Shown: positions 39,030 to 52,330, counted from the stretch's first letter. The stretch is DNA of 64,000 nucleotides from Phoronis australis (GCA_002633005.1 NMRA01001029.1:3912-67911), one strand, 5' to 3'. Translations and numbers: made by a program. Notes: a model not told the origin generated them from the letters alone.

Positions 39030-42000
39030 GGTACCCCAATTTACCATACGTATAGTGGAATATATTGAATTTTTTACCGTGCACATCAATACTTTTCAAT
39101 CTAAGGTAGAGTAAATTATAAGGGATTCGATTGAATGCCTTCGAGAAATCCACAAAAGCACAGTAAAATCTCCCACCCCCCCGACTCACATAGTTCTGAC
39201 ACATAGCTTGAAGTGTAAACACTTTGGCCAATTGTAGAGTAGCCCTTTTTAAAGCTAGCTTGGGACATAAAATGTATCATTATTTTCAGCCCAGCAATAA
39301 AGACGATTATTTAAAAGTCTGGTAAAAAGTTTTTCCAGCATTTCAAAAATAACGCCATCATGAGCCCCAGCCTTGCCATTAGGCAATTGTTCAATGGCCT
39401 CATATATTTCAGAAGGCAAAAAATCAAATGTGTAATTAATAGAACACTTTTCACAAGAACTATCGTGTTCAATCATATCCTGCGTGGCCAATTCACTTAA
39501 GAACTCGTCAAAAGAAAATTTGTGGTTCAATAAATCCTTAAAATAGTCGTGCCATTTTGCGGACTAATTGCGGAGGAAGAGACACGGGATGTGCGTATAT
39601 TAGATTTAATTAATTTCCAGAACTCCTCCAGATTATTTTAGGAACTTTTAATGGCTTCAGTAAGTCGGGCTTCATATGCTTTCTCTTTCTGTTTAAACAG
39701 ATTACGGAAAGCCTTGTTCTTGGTTTATACGCATTAAGGTAAAAAACAGAAGAGTTTTTAAGTAACTCAGTTTCAAAGACCATATTTTTGCTCGTTTAGC
39801 CGATGTCATCATCCCACCAGGGTGGCTGCTTTTTCGCCAAGTTCCGATTTACTTTAGTCTGACGTACTATTAGTAGATGTATACGTTTTCATGGTTGATA
39901 CGGCAGACTGCCTCAGCAAATGTGTAATGGATTTGATCGCATTTTCTAGATGGCCACTAGCCACCGAACTATCCACGGACGGCAAACAATTTTCAGCATG
40001 AGTTGAAAAAATCTGGTAGAATGCTTGCGCAATAGAGCCCTCCCACTGAATCCGGCTATGCGGGTGTAATAATGGAACTACAAGAGATTGTTCTCTGACC
40101 TACAACACCTAAACTTACAAGTAACTGTTAGATGGTCAGACTCATCCCATTTATCCACAACAAAATCCTCTACTAAATCAAATAGTTGTGTGGATAAATT
40201 TACATGATCTATAAGACTACACCCGCCTCCCGGCAGACAAATAAAATCATCCCTAGTATCACCGGAGAAACGACCTTTGACAATATTAATACAAAGTTCG
40301 TGACACAGTTCAATAAGAGTTTTACCGAAATTGTTTACAACATCATCCTCAGAATTCCTAAGCAAACTAAAAGTATGCGCTTCACACCAGTCCTGGCATG
40401 GCAAATATTTTGGGCAGTCACCTAAAATGAAGTCTACCAGATTCCCTGTTCTGGCACTGAGATAGCCAACGAACAATCACTGAAACAATCAGTCAAGTTT
40501 ATAATCTCTCTATGCAACAATTAGATCTCGCTGTTCTCATGCGTACCTGTATCATCAACATAGGAACTTGAACCCTTTGGAGGTAAATAAACAAAAACAT
40601 TAAAACATCCTGGACAACAAGAAATAGTACCTTCTCAAATAAAGATTAAACGACTCGAGTCATATCCAGACATCTCAAAGTGACCTGAGCGTTTTGCCCA
40701 CTTTTCACAGATACAAGTGACATCGTAAATAGATACATTTTGTGTGAACTTCGTGCCTAACAATTTTATTTTCGAATCCTTGTGCATTCCAAGAAACCAT
40801 TGAAAGTGCAGGGCCGTGACCTGCTGCGCCATTCAATTCAGGCTCAGGAACGTGAACAGCAGTTACCGTTGCTTATCCAGAAACCATAATCATTGGCTTT
40901 AGCTCCATCACCTCGTCGGAATCGTCATTATACGCACAAACATGACCTTGGTATATTAATTTGTCGTACCTGATCTTTGCATTTGTCCCGTTTTTATCAC
41001 GTGAGAATTCATACAGACGCCGTCTCTCCTTTTTCACAGGTGCGAGAAGTCCTGAGTGACATGGTTATTGTTGTTCTTCTTATTCCGTAGAACCTTGTCT
41101 TTATCGTTAGACTTCATTTTTGTGATGATTGGGCGGCGCTTGTTTGCAGGTTTTCGACCAATTCTTTGACCTCGTTCGAATATGGCATCGTCAACCTCCA
41201 GACAGTCCTTCGAAAATCGTTAATTTCGGTCTCGGAGCTGCTTCCACGATTCATGATTCTTCTCGCACCCCGGCCAACCCGCGATCGAGAACGCCCGGAG
41301 CGATCGAGAGCGAGACCTTGCACTAAACATGGCAGACGACAGTGACGTATTCGGTGAGTGTCAATTTCTTCTTTTAAAAATATAGACTACCTTGGTACGA
41401 ATGCGAGACACAGAAAAGCGTCAGAGTGTAGCCTTTGTTGTGGATCTGAAATATTACTTGACTTTTGCATATCTTTTAAATAAAGAGCTCAGAAAGCAAT
41501 GGCTTTCGGTAAAATGTCTTACGCTTCGTAAAATCGACAATTTCTACTTGTGATTAGCAATTCCAGGATTCTTAAGTAGAGACGTGTGACGTTTATAGTT
41601 TAATCGTCCTTGGTGACACCTTTGTTAGTTATGATTTGTGAAACAATTCGAGATATTTACCAATGCAAGCAGGTCCTTGTGCGAGACGGCGATCGGGAAC
41701 GAAGTCGTCAATTCTCTGTGGCGATCGTGAACGCAAAAAAGCGATCGTGAACGCACATTTTTTTTTTCTCTACACTGGCCTGAATACTCGTTCAAGTTAC
41801 GGTATTATGTCAATAATTTTGGAATAATACGGACCCTAAAACAGATGATGGGTTGATTATTAATTGTTTTTTCATGATTTCTTTGTGAGATGTAGCCTAA
41901 CAAACATAACTGAATACGTTTGATTTTTTTCAGTTGAACTCATAGTGTAGCCATACAACGAGTCATTCAGGGTGTTATCGCCCACGCCTCCAAGAAATAG

Positions 42001-44620
42001 TACAACTGCTGCATGTCACAACGGAGTGTGTGTTTGTTGTGGAGCCTGGTTAAGGAACTAAAAAATCGACTTAGTATGACCACCTGGCAATAAAATACAG
42101 TGACACTACAGCAAGCAAGACCTTTACCAGCCCTGTGATTGACGCGTTGCATGCGTCAATTTTTTTACCGACATAGGAAAACACAACATGAAGCATCGTG
42201 CTCAGGAACAAAGTCGATTCAGTGACCTATCTGTGATCAGTGTTTCACGGAAAGGGTGAGCCTGACGCGACACATTACGTCACAGCACAAGGACACTCCT
42301 TTTTGTGGTAAATGTGGTATGGCATGCAAACAGTATGCCTCCTTCTACTGGCATAAGAAGTAGAAACGTCAGTGGTGGAGGTTGTTAAGTCACTATAGTT
42401 TATTCAGATTTACAGAGTTTATGGTTGTTAGTTGTCTGATGTGATAGTATTTTGACGTTTTGTTTTGACCTTTTTTCCTCAAGTTTCTTTCTATATTTGT
42501 GTTATTTCAAAAGGCTGTTTAACAGAACCAGTACATTTTTGTAGTGTTTAAGTAGATTTAAATGGCCATATTAAGTGTCATTGGGCAATACTTACATACA
42601 ATTGTTCTGAACAATTAGTATTTTAAAAGAAAATATATGTCTATGATTATTGTAGAAATTGCTTTCATATTGTTGTTTATTTCCTGTGAGAGACTATTAT
42701 ACTATCTATCAGTCCGAAATACATTGTCTATGATTCAGTGATGATTTAGTCTCACACATTCCAAAAGTAATTCGTAGGAAATGTTCAATGGATTTGTAAT
42801 GTTGATTTCCCTAAAGTAATATTTTATATATTTTTGTATGACCAATTCTGAGGTATGAATAATAAAAGATTAATATTATAATAGAAATGCTATAATATTG
42901 TTGTTGATTTCCTGTGTAAATCACTGCAGTGTGTAGTCGAAGTGATGTTAAAGACACCATGTTGACTACGTTTTGAGAAAGTCACAATAAAGTACGTGTA
43001 TTATATGCGTCTCAATATATTTCAATGTCACATTAAACTGGAGATCATGAACTGAAGATGCACGGTAAACTTAGGACCAGGACTACAAGGCAGAAGAGCC
43101 AAACACAACGTACATTCAAGCCACACGGGAGCCACAAGTCAATCAGTTCATCTCTGTATCGATGTTATGAGTAAAACATCAAGTAAAATTCCACCAGCAC
43201 ATCAGTTTACACAACTTCTGGCCAATTTTTAGATCCCAGACGTTCATCTCGTGTTGCTACAATCCTCTCTCGCCAAGCTCATCGTCATTCTTTGACTTCA
43301 CTGGCTACTTATTTTTTCCTTTTGCTGACAGTCACAATTTTGCAAGAAGATTCATCTGCAGCAACAATTTGTTACCCCTGGCTGACACGCCACATAGAAC
43401 AACTCCTGGGTGGGTCTTCAATTTAGAACCCCTTTTCCCCAATGGTTTCATCTAAAAGCAGATGTCTGTATTTCAAAACCCTGGTAGGGTGTACCTTCAC
43501 GTCGTGGGTAACATGTTCATTGAAGCTCGCCTCACAATAACAGTGAACGTGTTTCCTGAAATGAAAATAAATTCATTTGTGAAAATATCTATAACTAATT
43601 AGTGTGCTTGATGTACATGTAGTGCTCATGGTGATTTAATGGTAATATGCTACGTTATTGTTTAGTTTTGATACGAAAGTAACACAGTAATGTAACAAAA
43701 TGTGATTAATTCCTTGCACCACACTTATTTTGTAACACTTTTCATGTTTTGTAAGTAAAAAGTTTATAACTGTTAGATACACCACGATGCATCTTTCAAC
43801 AGAAAAAGTGTTGGAAAATCAGAGATCCTGACAAAACTACAAAAACACAAGCGTTACGTTATATTTTCACATGACATTTCTTCATAACTTCATGCTCAAT
43901 TTAATGACTTAGTGCCAAAAATAACTGCAATTTGCCAAAATGACATACAAATCACCTTCTGCTCATGCGATGCCTCGGTCAACGTAACTTTTCCCCAATA
44001 ATTGGAACAGACACTAGCCTAAACCTCTACCTGCCCTTCCTCAATGTGTTACGCCTTGAACTCATGTCTCTGTTTTCACATTGGAAGTAAAATAACGAAA
44101 ATTCATCAAATTTACTCACCTTGCCTGGTTTCGCTTCTCGGATCCAATTTCGTTCTCGATCGCCTTCCGGGCGTTCTCGATCGCGGGTTGGCCGGGGTGT
44201 ACTCCGGTATGCCATGAAAGATCAAGTTGTCGCGTCTTCGATTCTCCAGGTCGTCTAATTTAGACTCAAGATTTTTCACCTTTTCTCGTAAACGACGATT
44301 TTCCTCTCGTGTTACTAGACGTAGTTAAGTCTTGTCGCAGAGCATCTAGTTCTTTAAACACATCTGATTTCAAGTTCTCAAATTTATCATTCAAAAGTTT
44401 CAATAGCTCCCTGTTTGAAACATCAGGAGTAGACGGGTCCGCTTGAGATAAAGACGTGATCCTCTGGGTTTGTGGCCTACTACCAAATATTTTATATATA
44501 GTATCTTTGCTACTACTAGTTTTAGTGTACTTGTGAGGCATGGTCAGAGATTAATTACGTAACCGTAGCTGCACAATCCGTGTCGGTCGAAAATAATATC
44601 TCCGACGACTGTTTCAGTAG
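39030..44620 (-). mobile_element. Decayed non-LTR retrotransposon (L2/CR1 group), ORF1 plus APE-RT, split by a DNA transposon
   Basis: ORF1 LESKLDDLENRRRDNLIFHGIPE continues after the insertion as ...ERGQRIGRK..RPII...KIRYDKL. APE motifs SARTG, CSLIDHV and ESDH; RT motif FYCAFVDFSKAFNRI. Confidence 0.8.
41266..44199. mobile_element. CAC...GTG TIR DNA transposon (CMC/EnSpm-like) with C2H2 zinc-finger relics
   Basis: 34-bp TIR CACCCCGGCCAACCCGCGATCGAGAACGCCCGGA at both ends and repeated GCGATCGnGAACG subterminal motifs. Relic PICDQCFTERVSLTRHITSQH..CGKCGMACKQYASFYWHKK at about 42225-42360. TSD unresolved. Confidence 0.7.
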
Positions 44621-45160
44621 TGACAGTGCGGCAAGCGAAAGTTTGTAGCAACAGAATGACACACGCACGGGACTTCATCCACAAGGTCTTTCTGGCTTAA
44701 TAACAATTTAACTGCAGAAACTACCTTTCAGGTGCATCAAACACACAATTATCCAGAGACAAACTTCAAGCGTGGCGATACCACAACGCCACCTAGTTTG
44801 TTCCCATAGTGACCCACCAGGAAGCACATAAAAAGTAAATCTCGTCTATTTACAGTCGATGGTTAGGTTTTTGCTATTTACAAGTATATTAAATAGTCCA
44901 GTTGCAGCTTAAAACATTATAAAGGTATAACGGCCGTCTATTGTTTTTATTATTAAGCTATCTGCACCTATTTGTGAAGTGCGCATTATACCAATGCAGT
45001 CATCGCCAATTTGAGAACACTGTTGAACTCTTCGGTCAAAGATGAACCATACTGCCGAATTGTATGTCGAAAGTTTCTAGCTACAACGCATAAGGTGCCG
45101 TTCTTTCGGTTTTTACAAAAGCCGAAATTATTACCCGCTTTTCTGCATATTTACGCTTAA

Positions 45161-45456
45161 AAGGATACTAAACCCTGTTTTGATGATTTCAACCAATTCT
45201 CGTTCTGCCACCTGCTAATGTATCATTGACGTCACAAATTGGACATTATGGTCCTTGGTGGCTGGTCTTTTCCTACAGTTGCCGTGTAATTCGCTAAAAG
45301 CGTAGGTCACGCTTGCCGGTTTAGCAGACTTTCAAAATTTTCTCCAATTTTTTTAGGTTTGTCGAGGTTTGCAGAGCATTATTTCGTTTCAGAGAACTGG
45401 ACGGGAAAGTCGTTTTTGGTATCTATCAATAGGCCCAAACCGGGTTTGGTATACTT
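45161..45456. mobile_element. TTAA-flanked MITE (Kolobok-like)
   Basis: TTAA|AAGGATACTAAACCC ... GGGTTTGGTATACTT|TTAA. Confidence 0.7.
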
Positions 45457-46058
45457 TTAAACTAGCACGCCGCCGACTGTAGATTTGCTCGGAGACGTTC
45501 TTTTCAGCAGACGCCCGCCACTCCGTAGACTATTTTTGATACCTCCTGATATGCAAAAGTGGGACATTTTAAAAACAATTTGAAAGTTTCGTGTCAATCC
45601 AATAGGCCATTTTCAAGATATGATGTTCTTAAATTTGCCCCATTTGGTCATTTTTCGAGGGTTTTTCATAACTTTAAAGGGATACTGTCACCGTGTACAT
45701 GACTACTGCGTTAGCCAAAAAGCGCCAGCCTTGTACATTACGTCATTTACACAACAGCTGACGGTTACCAAAGCTAAACCTGAGAGAGAAAGCGGAGTAA
45801 AAACAGGAGTCAGTCTCCTTCTTCCCTTTCGGGCAATCATTGGTCATTTTGTTAAAAGTAGTTTTGGTGCCTCTATCATGTATCGAACCACTTGTTTGCA
45901 AAGACAGTAGGATCGTACCAGCCGCAGCAGAGCGGAGTGGCGGTGTTCTGGGAACGGAGGCAATACAATAGTGCCGGTAGTCGCGAAGAGGCGAAACGAT
46001 GCTCTGGTAATGAATACGATGACACATGGATTTTCAAAATGTTACGGGAGATACTCGC

Positions 46059-46171
46059 CTCCTTCTCGCGTGCCAGAAGTATCGCCTTTCTGTACCAGTC
46101 CATTGTCTCGAGAACAAACGTCATGTTGATTCTTTCCTCGTTGTTAATCAACTTGTCCAAGAGACTGTCCG
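46059..46171 (-). CDS. TPR/J-domain-like protein, exon 2
   Basis: Acceptor tttttcag|CG; 113 nt, phase 1 to 0. Encodes (A)DSLLDKLINNEERINMTFVLETMDWYRKAILLAREKE. Donor is GAG|gcgagt (GC type). Confidence 0.8.
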
Positions 46172-46437
46172 CTGAAAAATACATTATCTTCTCCAGTGTG
46201 AGTGATGAGGGAAATGAAAGAAAGGTCCCGAAAACCATCGCCAAAGCAGACATATAAGAAATGATTCACGTGTCTGTTAGTTTACTTATTTGAACACGTG
46301 TACAATACCACAGCAAAACTACACCAACTCATTTAAACGATAACAGAAAGATCCAAAGGGCATTAAAGTAAACAATAAAAATATCCACATGGTGCCAAGA
46401 TGCAAACTTGCATAATGTGCTGGATGACACTACTTAC

Positions 46438-47119
46438 CCGTGACTCTAGCTTGGACAGACTCGGCGATACATTTGTTCAGATACACGTCCTCCTCTATAG
46501 TCTGTAGCTCAGTAAGTAGACCTTCTTTACCAGGTGCCAATCGTCGGGCTTCTTGAATGGGAGTGTAACACTTGTGCATAGCGTTTAACCCGCCCTTGTA
46601 ATCACCATCCTGTATTGCAGTCACACCATGCAAGAAAACTAGTTGAGCGACTTTGGTGAAAAGTTCAGCTTTGAGATAATCGAGATGACAACAGGTTATG
46701 AACTTTTCGATTTCTTTAATCCGATTTAAATGACTCAGAGTTGAAAAAAAACCTAGACCTGCCTGAATTACGGAAGTCAACGTTTGCTCGACGTTGTCCA
46801 ACCAGCTCTTTGACTTGACCTTGCTTCCAGCCAGGTGAGATTTACAGAGGTACTTAAGTGCTTCGTGATACTGAAATGCAACGGTGTCTGCTTGCCCAAT
46901 AGCACAGTTAGCAATTGCCTGTTTGTAGTAACTTGTCCCCAAGTTTTTGCAAGCAGACGCTTTCTCATCATCATTGACAGATGTCTGTAGAGCTCTGTAG
47001 TAGCAGTTAGCTGCCTTGTTGTAACGCTCAACTCGTAATGCTGCTTGAAGACCGTCTTTGGAGGCCGAGGCATAAAACTCATTTCCCTTCCTTCTATGGT
47101 CGCTCGATATCGACGCCAT
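46438..47119 (-). CDS. TPR/J-domain-like protein, first coding exon
   Basis: ATG in context aagATGG and a long open frame MASISSDHRRKGNEFY...AANCYYRAL...ACKNLGTSYY with TPR-like motifs. Donor G|gtaagt, phase 1. Confidence 0.9.
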
Positions 47120-48984
47120 CTTGATTCGATTACCTGGAATACGGATGTGTACCCTCATCAAGTACTTATTGTAAAACGAAAAATTTGTCCAAGAAAATGA
47201 ACCAGAAAAGTCTGTAATATATGTAAATGGAGCTACAGTAGGGCTTTTACAGCACAAGTTCAGATTTGTTGCCCCACAACCGTCGCTGCTGCAGCGCAGA
47301 CAGCTCCACACGCACACTCATCGACGTCAAATTGCGCAAAAAGCAATTGACAAGCGTCAGGCATTTTATGTATTGCAAAACTGACAGATCTAGGATGACG
47401 TAAGAGGACATGGAACAAACACAACTTTCTAAGAAAAAAAACAGCGCCCGGCGTAAAGAAAACGCCCAACTCGCAATTGGCGAGCTTTGATCTCAGCTCG
47501 CCATTTCGGATTTGAGGTCGCCAAATTTTTAGTATCGCGGACGTCCGATAGGTGTCGCTTGCAAAGCGGCCCATTGTGATGCTTACACTGCTGCCCGGCG
47601 GTGGATCAGGTCTAGTAGGTCACGACCAAAAACGGCAAAGAAACACGACTCTTACAGTAAGAAACTGGATTTTTAATATTGTGTTACTTGTTATTTAACT
47701 TCTTATGTTATATTAGAAAGTAAGCATGCGTATCATTCCGTTGTATTCAACAACTTAGTTTGTGTATAATCGGTCATGTTGAAATAAAGCGTTTTTTTAG
47801 AATCAATTGCCGCAATTCCCTCAGACGCAGCGCTATAATTGATGGTTTTCCTATGCAACTCGGGCCCCGCTTTAATCGTCTGCTAACGACTACAACAGTC
47901 ATGATGTAGGTGTGACAAGCTATCACAAGTTACTGCTATTTGAGAGAATGAACCGCCGTAAATTACTCAACCGTGTCAAATAGGTATCGGGACGTGGTGT
48001 TAGGGAATAATACTACATGATTAGAGCTATGTGAGCCCCCAAGGTACGTCATTTGTGCAAAGGTCACCTGTTTGCACACTTTTTGTTTTCACATTTGCAT
48101 GTACAAGTTGTCAATGAATATAATGTCTGCACTTTGTTTAAGGTAGACGGTGTTCAAATAGCATTGTCGATTAGTTACTGCGTTACATTAGCACAGTTAG
48201 GAACATGCAAATACATCTTTAATCGTCTGCTCACTGCTACGCCATTCATGATCTTGGTGTGACAAGCTATCGCAACTTATCTGCTACATAGGCAAGTTGT
48301 TGCCATAGCACGTCTACTGTACGATATTTACAAACACGATTCACACTACTAAACATCTATCATCGTGTTATGTACGCAAACGCGTTTCGCGAAGTACTTA
48401 CACCGTCTATGCACTTAATTCATACACAGAACTGCACTGAGATGGAAGTGCTAACAGTATTTCCTCATTGAAACACAGATTCACCCGCCGTCTTGTCTCA
48501 CTGAAACGGAGCTATGTTTTTAAAAAATGATGTTCTAAAAATTGGTCCAACTATAAATGTGCGCGCTGATGTAACTTACTAGACACCTTGGAATAAAACA
48601 CTTTCACACTCCATTGCACACACGTCTCGTTTGAAAGACATTGATAGCATAATTTCAATACAATCACTACAATAACTAGAAGGCGCAAAACAGACAGTTG
48701 CAGCCCCCCTGCGTAGTAAATGATGCGGAAAATGCGTGCGTCGCTCGAATATATTTCTGAGAAATCTTGTCAACTAATGCCACAAATCTTAAAGTGGGTC
48801 TTATGTTTCACATATAACAAGCTTGTTTGAAAGAGATTTCTAAAACAATTACGCAACTCGAAATGCGTTTTTTATAGATTTCAAACAAAATACAAATAAA
48901 AAACGTGATTGGCAACTTTAGCAAGCCATTCACGCCCACCCTAACCCTAGCCCAACCCAGCCCAACCCCAACCCAACCAATTAA

Positions 48985-49300
48985 CTGTTGGTGTGCCTAG
49001 CTGTGGGGGAACACATATTGGCGACTGGGCAGTGGGCATTCCATCTCTCTTGCGTCATCCAGGATCCTAGCCAAAGAACAGAATCGGTATGCTCGCAAGC
49101 TAAAAGAGTCCATAAACATCAGCACTCAGCGCCCCTACTTGAACCAGGACCTAGGTCTCCACTTACCTCCCGTGTATTCAAACATTCTTAACCAGCGAAA
49201 GGCGGGTAATTCCTTATTCATTGATACAGACCTGGCGGACCAGGTCGAAACGTCTGCACCCAACCTACCAAGTCTCTAAGTTAGTGATCATCTTACACTG
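48985..49300 (+). mobile_element. Penelope-like GIY-YIG C-terminal relic
   Basis: Frameshifted AVGEHILATG..RILAKEQNRYARKLKESINI...LNQDLGLHLPPVYSNIL, followed by hairpin GACCTG-gcggac-CAGGTC-GAAACGTC. Confidence 0.65.
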
Positions 49301-49379
49301 CAGAACCAATATTATTACTGAAAGTCATTTAAAACACGGTCAGTTCTTACACACGCTCGTAGTTTTGAATGCATACTTT

Positions 49380-50760
49380 TTAAAACATTACCACGAATTC
49401 CCATTCTACAAAAAAATTATGTGAAATGCTGTCAAAGGGACGAGAAAAATCCACATATATAGCATAAAATCTGCCCCTGCGCTTACTCAAGTACGTATGA
49501 ACAATTCCTTGTAAGGTAAAAAATTGGTCTATTGTACTATACCCTTTTCTAAAACCAACCTGAGCTTCGTTAAATAAGTCATTATCGTTGGCCCAACTTG
49601 TTAGACGAACGTTTCGTAAAAATTTCTCGAAAACAGGCAGAAGTGAAATACCCCGATAATTATTTGCGTCATTGACGTCCCCTTGGTTATGCAATGTACA
49701 TATGGTGTCACACCAGGACTGAGGAAATTCCCCTGATCATAGAGCACTATTTAAAATGCTTGTCAAAACAGGTGTTATGTAATCTTTGGTGGACTAGAAA
49801 GTTCGTAAACGAGTCCGTCAGCACCGGTAGGTTTCGGAGAGCGACAAAAATCTCACTTTCGCTAAAATCATGATTCAGATGATTTTGGTCGCCTACCAGA
49901 CAGTCATTACAATACACATCATGACTTGCCAAGTTTCTTTCTACTTGTCCAAGCATACGTCCGTTATCAGGATTTTCTTGGTTTAAGAGTGACTGAAAGT
50001 GGCAAAACCATTCATCGGCAGAAATAGAGGTATCTGACGTCATTTTCAAAGAGCATGATTTTACTAGCTGCCGAAACGCTCTGGGATTGTTAACATTTTC
50101 GATAAAGGTTTTTCTCAGGCCATCTTTAAATAACTTTTCTTTTGACTTAAAAGTTACTTTGAATTTTTGTCAAAATTCTTTGTATTTATTAAAATTGACA
50201 TGATTATTATAGTGTCAGAAACCAGACAATGCACAATTTTCTCTCTCTTTTCAGCACCTCTAACTCCTCATCCCACCATGATGGTTGGGTTTTCACAAAC
50301 TTAACTGCGGAACTGGAGTGTACAATCATGTCGCACACAGCTGATATATACATTTCGTTTAAGAACTGAACTGCGCCTTCAACCCTAATGCTCTCAAAAA
50401 GATTCGCAATATCACTAGAGAACACTTGGAACCCACTAACAAACTTGTCCACGAACTGACTACATCTTTCAGCCTTCCATCTAACTCGATCATATTCACG
50501 GACGACATAATTAGTGCTATGAAAAGTGTGATAGTGTGAAGCCGTGAAAAACACAAAGAAGAGGAAGATGATCAGACTCATCCAGTAAATCAACCTTAAA
50601 ATCGGATACAAAATCAAACAAATTAATGGACAATAGTACACAATCAATTAGATAAACACGTAAACTCTCCTTCCTCATCACCTGGAAATATACCGTTACA
50701 TGTATGAACATTTAACTCGCAACACATTCTCACAAGTGATTTTTAAAACATTCAAAATTG
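49380..50760 (-). mobile_element. Second decayed L2/CR1-group LINE ORF2 fragment
   Basis: Peptides NNYRGISLLP, FNEAQVGFRKGYSTIDQFF, FYAIYVDFSRPFDSI, ESDHLP and QPSWWD. Confidence 0.85.
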
Positions 50761-51831
50761 TAATTCGCATAATTAAGTGGCTACCAATAGGTACGAACTT
50801 TTCCTAAAGGTAAAATTAGATTTATTCTATTTTCATTGTAAAATTCGCTTGAAGGTTAGACTGAATTATTAGGTTCTGTCCATAAGCTAGAAAAATTACG
50901 CAGCTTAGAACCTCGCCTATATAGCAGGAGCCTAATCACAGATGCTCCCCTCTAAAGTCACGGCGACTCGGTAGCGAGGATGGGGGAGGGTGTGTGTCAG
51001 GATTCTGATGACCATGGAGAGTGAAAATTGGGAACCTATCTTAGTCGTCGACAGATGAGACGACTGGCAATTGCAAAAACAGGACTCGCACGTTTTTATA
51101 GCATGGGGACTCTGAGAAACCCGGGTTCCAGCATTGCACCGTAACTATAGTAACCTAAATAGCCGCAACGAACCTGCTGTTATACATATACAACTGTTTT
51201 AGGGCAAAGACCAACGCTACAGGTTCGGTCTCGAAGAGATAAGAAGTGAAGTGGTTTAATGAGCAGAGACCAAGAAAAGTGGAACGTTAGTGTGACCTAG
51301 ACAATGGCCATCGTCTCTATCCAGAATAGAGTCTCTATGAGATGATGGTAACTGTCTATAGTGTGACCCGGACTCATGTGTATCAAATGTTGACCCGAAG
51401 TAGGGCCTATAGGTCAACTCAAAGAATAAACAAATTACCGCGAACACTGTTTGATATTAAAGGTTCAACAAATAATACTTTCCATACTTACCAACTTTGT
51501 TAGACCTTTGAACGTGTTGAAATCTTACCCAAAGGTATCAAAAACAACACATGTAAAGCGAATGTAAAACCCCTTATTATTCACACCCTGGAAATTCCCA
51601 AACGCAGTCGCACCAGTGACCTAGATCTCGTTCCAGTGGCTAGCATTGCCACATATTGATCGTGTGGAGAATAGCGGAGTTGCAACCGAATCGATTTAAC
51701 TATTGCGCATGTCCGGAAATTAGGGTGCGCAAAGCGGGCTATTGGGATTGATAAGGGTAAATGGAATGGCCGATTGGTTTGCATGACGTGTGATTTGTGT
51801 GCATTAAACTACGCTGCTGTATGCAATTCTG

Positions 51832-52330
51832 CCGCTATTCGCCCTAATAAGCGCCCATGCCCCAACAAGTGCCGGCCCCAACGCGTTTTCAGACTTTGCT
51901 AAAGTAAGAGCCCAGCCCATGAACTACATGCGAAAAATGCCCTTACCTACAGTTCTAACGTCTCCAATATATCAATTGAAAGATCCGACAGTCCTGAATT
52001 TGTAGACCATGAGCCTCACCGTTATGTCCGTATACACTTCAAACTTACGCCGCGATTTAAAAAGAACGCAGAAGTTTTGCTGCTCTTGCGAGGGATGTGC
52101 CCCACTACGCGGGTGTGGACATTGAAAAGAGATGCAGCGTACTTGTCAGCGGCCTGGCCCTTGCATTGTTTCTTTCCGGTACAGATCTTCTCCGGTCTCA
52201 ACAGGAATCCCAACTTCTTTGTACACGTGAAAACCGTGAATCGAAGACTAATAAAAAAATCGACCAGTGTTAGCACGCGGCCAAGAAGCGCGCTGCATAA
52301 TGTACAGTACCGGCTGTTATCGAAGACATT
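51832..52330 (-). mobile_element. Tc1/pogo-like element end carrying a HIRAN-like relic
   Basis: Terminus CCGCTATTCGCCCTAATAAGCGCCC. Minus-strand frameshifted peptide IHGFHVYKEV..P..GEDL...DKYAA...VVGHIPRKSSKTSAFFLNRG. Confidence 0.5.

Noticed and set aside
47120-47317. N-terminal extension of ORF 46430-47317
   Set aside because: It starts at a non-ATG codon and looks non-coding. The ATG at 47119 has good context and directly precedes the TPR-like motif, although an upstream ATG near 47158 cannot be fully excluded.
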